A stretch of 57,355 nucleotides of DNA from a virus (taxonomy: Duplodnaviria; Caudoviricetes), in the IMG/VR virus record IMGVR_UViG_3300020411_002891, positions 1-57,355 of that record; one strand, 5' to 3'. Below the pieces are notes generated by a model. That model ran no database searches. It had not been told where the DNA came from and saw only the letters and a list, made by a program, of their open reading frames with translations. Below, in pieces: positions 56,347-57,355 of this stretch. The first letter of the stretch is position 1. Each line of letters opens with the position of its first letter. The position numbers and the translations under genes are program-made.

Positions 56347-56853
56347 ATGGCTCTCGAGCTTAGAACCCCCGTTAACGACGTCATCCGACACGATGTCGCC
56401 GTTGCCGATGCAAGTAATCTTCTTGATCCCGATAACTCAAGCACAAGCGATCCCTGTCTTGTAGCCGGCGAGTGGCTGATCCCTGGCGCCGATGGTTGGG
56501 ACCGCCCAACCGACGAGAATACCGCAGCCGCAGCTCAAGTGTTCTCCCAAAAGGGAGACTTTGGTGTGCAGGCTCTGTCTAAGGTCGCGGTTATTCGTAG
56601 CTTTGGCTACGAGGCTGAGACCGATATGTACGAAGCTGCCGATGACAGTGGCGTCGACTACGCTATTGGTCAGGTACTTGCGGTTGAGACTGAGACGATT
56701 GATAGTAACGAGCGTGCTATCCTGACCAACTCAGTAACTGCAGACACAGACTACGTACATGCTGTAGTTACTGCACTTCCTTCTGCTACTGCAAGTGGGA
56801 AGCTTCGTTTCATGCGCGTATCACCATACCGCTCACCCGTTACCAATTCCTGA
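56347..56853 (+). CDS. Probable capsid decoration/cement protein
   Basis: GGAGG SD, about 170 aa and beta-rich, immediately upstream of the MCP (lambda gpD-like position). Confidence 0.55.
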   Translation: MALELRTPVNDVIRHDVAVADASNLLDPDNSSTSDPCLVAGEWLIPGADGWDRPTDENTAAAAQVFSQKGDFGVQALSKVAVIRSFGYEAETDMYEAADDSGVDYAIGQVLAVETETIDSNERAILTNSVTADTDYVHAVVTALPSATASGKLRFMRVSPYRSPVTNS

Positions 56854-56883
56854 GCATAGCTTCAGACTAAAGGAGAAATCAAA

Positions 56884-57355
56884 ATGGCTGACGCTAACGC
56901 CAGTACAATTAATTCACTATTTTCCGCCCACCTCGATAACCCCGAGGGCAAGGAGAAGCTTGCAGCTGTAGCTCAGGCTTACGTACGGGATAAGCTGCGT
57001 GAAAACAGCTTCGCTCGCAAGATCCTTCCGCCCATGATGGTTACCAAGGCTGATATGCAAGTCAGTGTAAACCACGACACGTTGGTCTACATTGATGAGG
57101 TCGAGCCCGACTCTCGTGCGATGGCTATGTCCTTCCGTGGACAGCCCACTGCACGGTTCATCTCGGCTAAGCGGTATGAGATCCCTTGCTTCACAATCTC
57201 GTCCGAGCGGTTCGAGAAGACTGAGCAGGAGCTCATGGCATACCGTATGCCCATCACCAAGGTAATCGAGGACAACTCGGTTAAGGACATTCAGGAGATC
57301 GAAGATCACCGATTCATCACTTACGTTGAAGCTGCTGTTCAAGCTACTTCTAAGA
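56884..57355 (+). CDS. Major capsid protein (HK97-fold), N-terminal part; runs off the window
   Basis: AAAGGAG SD; open frame MADANASTINSLF...EKLAAVAQAYVRDKLRENSFARKILPP...IQEIEDHRFI. Canonical position after protease, scaffold and decoration genes. Missing from the ORF track because it has no stop. Confidence 0.8.
   Translation, partial: MADANASTINSLFSAHLDNPEGKEKLAAVAQAYVRDKLRENSFARKILPPMMVTKADMQVSVNHDTLVYIDEVEPDSRAMAMSFRGQPTARFISAKRYEIPCFTISSERFEKTEQELMAYRMPITKVIEDNSVKDIQEIEDHRFITYVEAAVQATSK

Noticed and set aside
1-57355. Stop-codon reassignment, suggested by frequent TAG/CTAG
   Set aside because: Long conserved genes are intact in code 11, and TAG, TAA and TGA all end genes at sensible, often coupled, positions.
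1-57355. tRNA/rRNA genes, IS elements, integrase
   Set aside because: Intergenic gaps are very short and none showed such features by eye; a tRNAscan/Infernal run would be needed to exclude them formally.

Overview
A 57 kb segment of a large tailed dsDNA phage genome (probably contractile-tailed; standard genetic code; very dense coding). From left to right: (1) 1-10.9 kb, + strand: baseplate-wedge, tail-collar and tail-fibre genes. (2) 11.0-27.6 kb, - strand: a replication/recombination block with RHH and XRE regulators, SF2 helicase, family-4 UDG, DnaB-like helicase, primase, putative SSB, family-A DNA polymerase, RecA, Hjc-like and RusA-like resolvases, a tandem Cas4-like nuclease and a UvsY-like protein. 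(3) 28.4-57.3 kb, mostly + strand: morphogenesis genes (portal, gpV/gp5-like spike, terminase large subunit, prohead protease, scaffold-like proteins, start of the major capsid protein) with a 2051-aa single-chain beta-beta' RNA polymerase embedded among them. Three signals stand out. First, an E-K-[I/V/T/L/S]-A motif recurs in at least 13 head-region proteins, including the protease and capsid protein. It also forms a short N-terminal '(F/W)xxELEKIA' leader on several unrelated basic proteins, suggesting a capsid-loading and cleavage address for internal cargo. Second, the fused RNAP lacks the beta' N-terminal zinc domain and has an archaeal/eukaryote-like trigger loop. Third, there are two apparent promoter classes: sigma70-like promoters, and a repeated CGGTAA-N17-CATAAG motif in front of small antisense genes, one of which is an unannotated 40-aa acidic peptide. 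All assignments come from motif recognition by eye; no searches were run.
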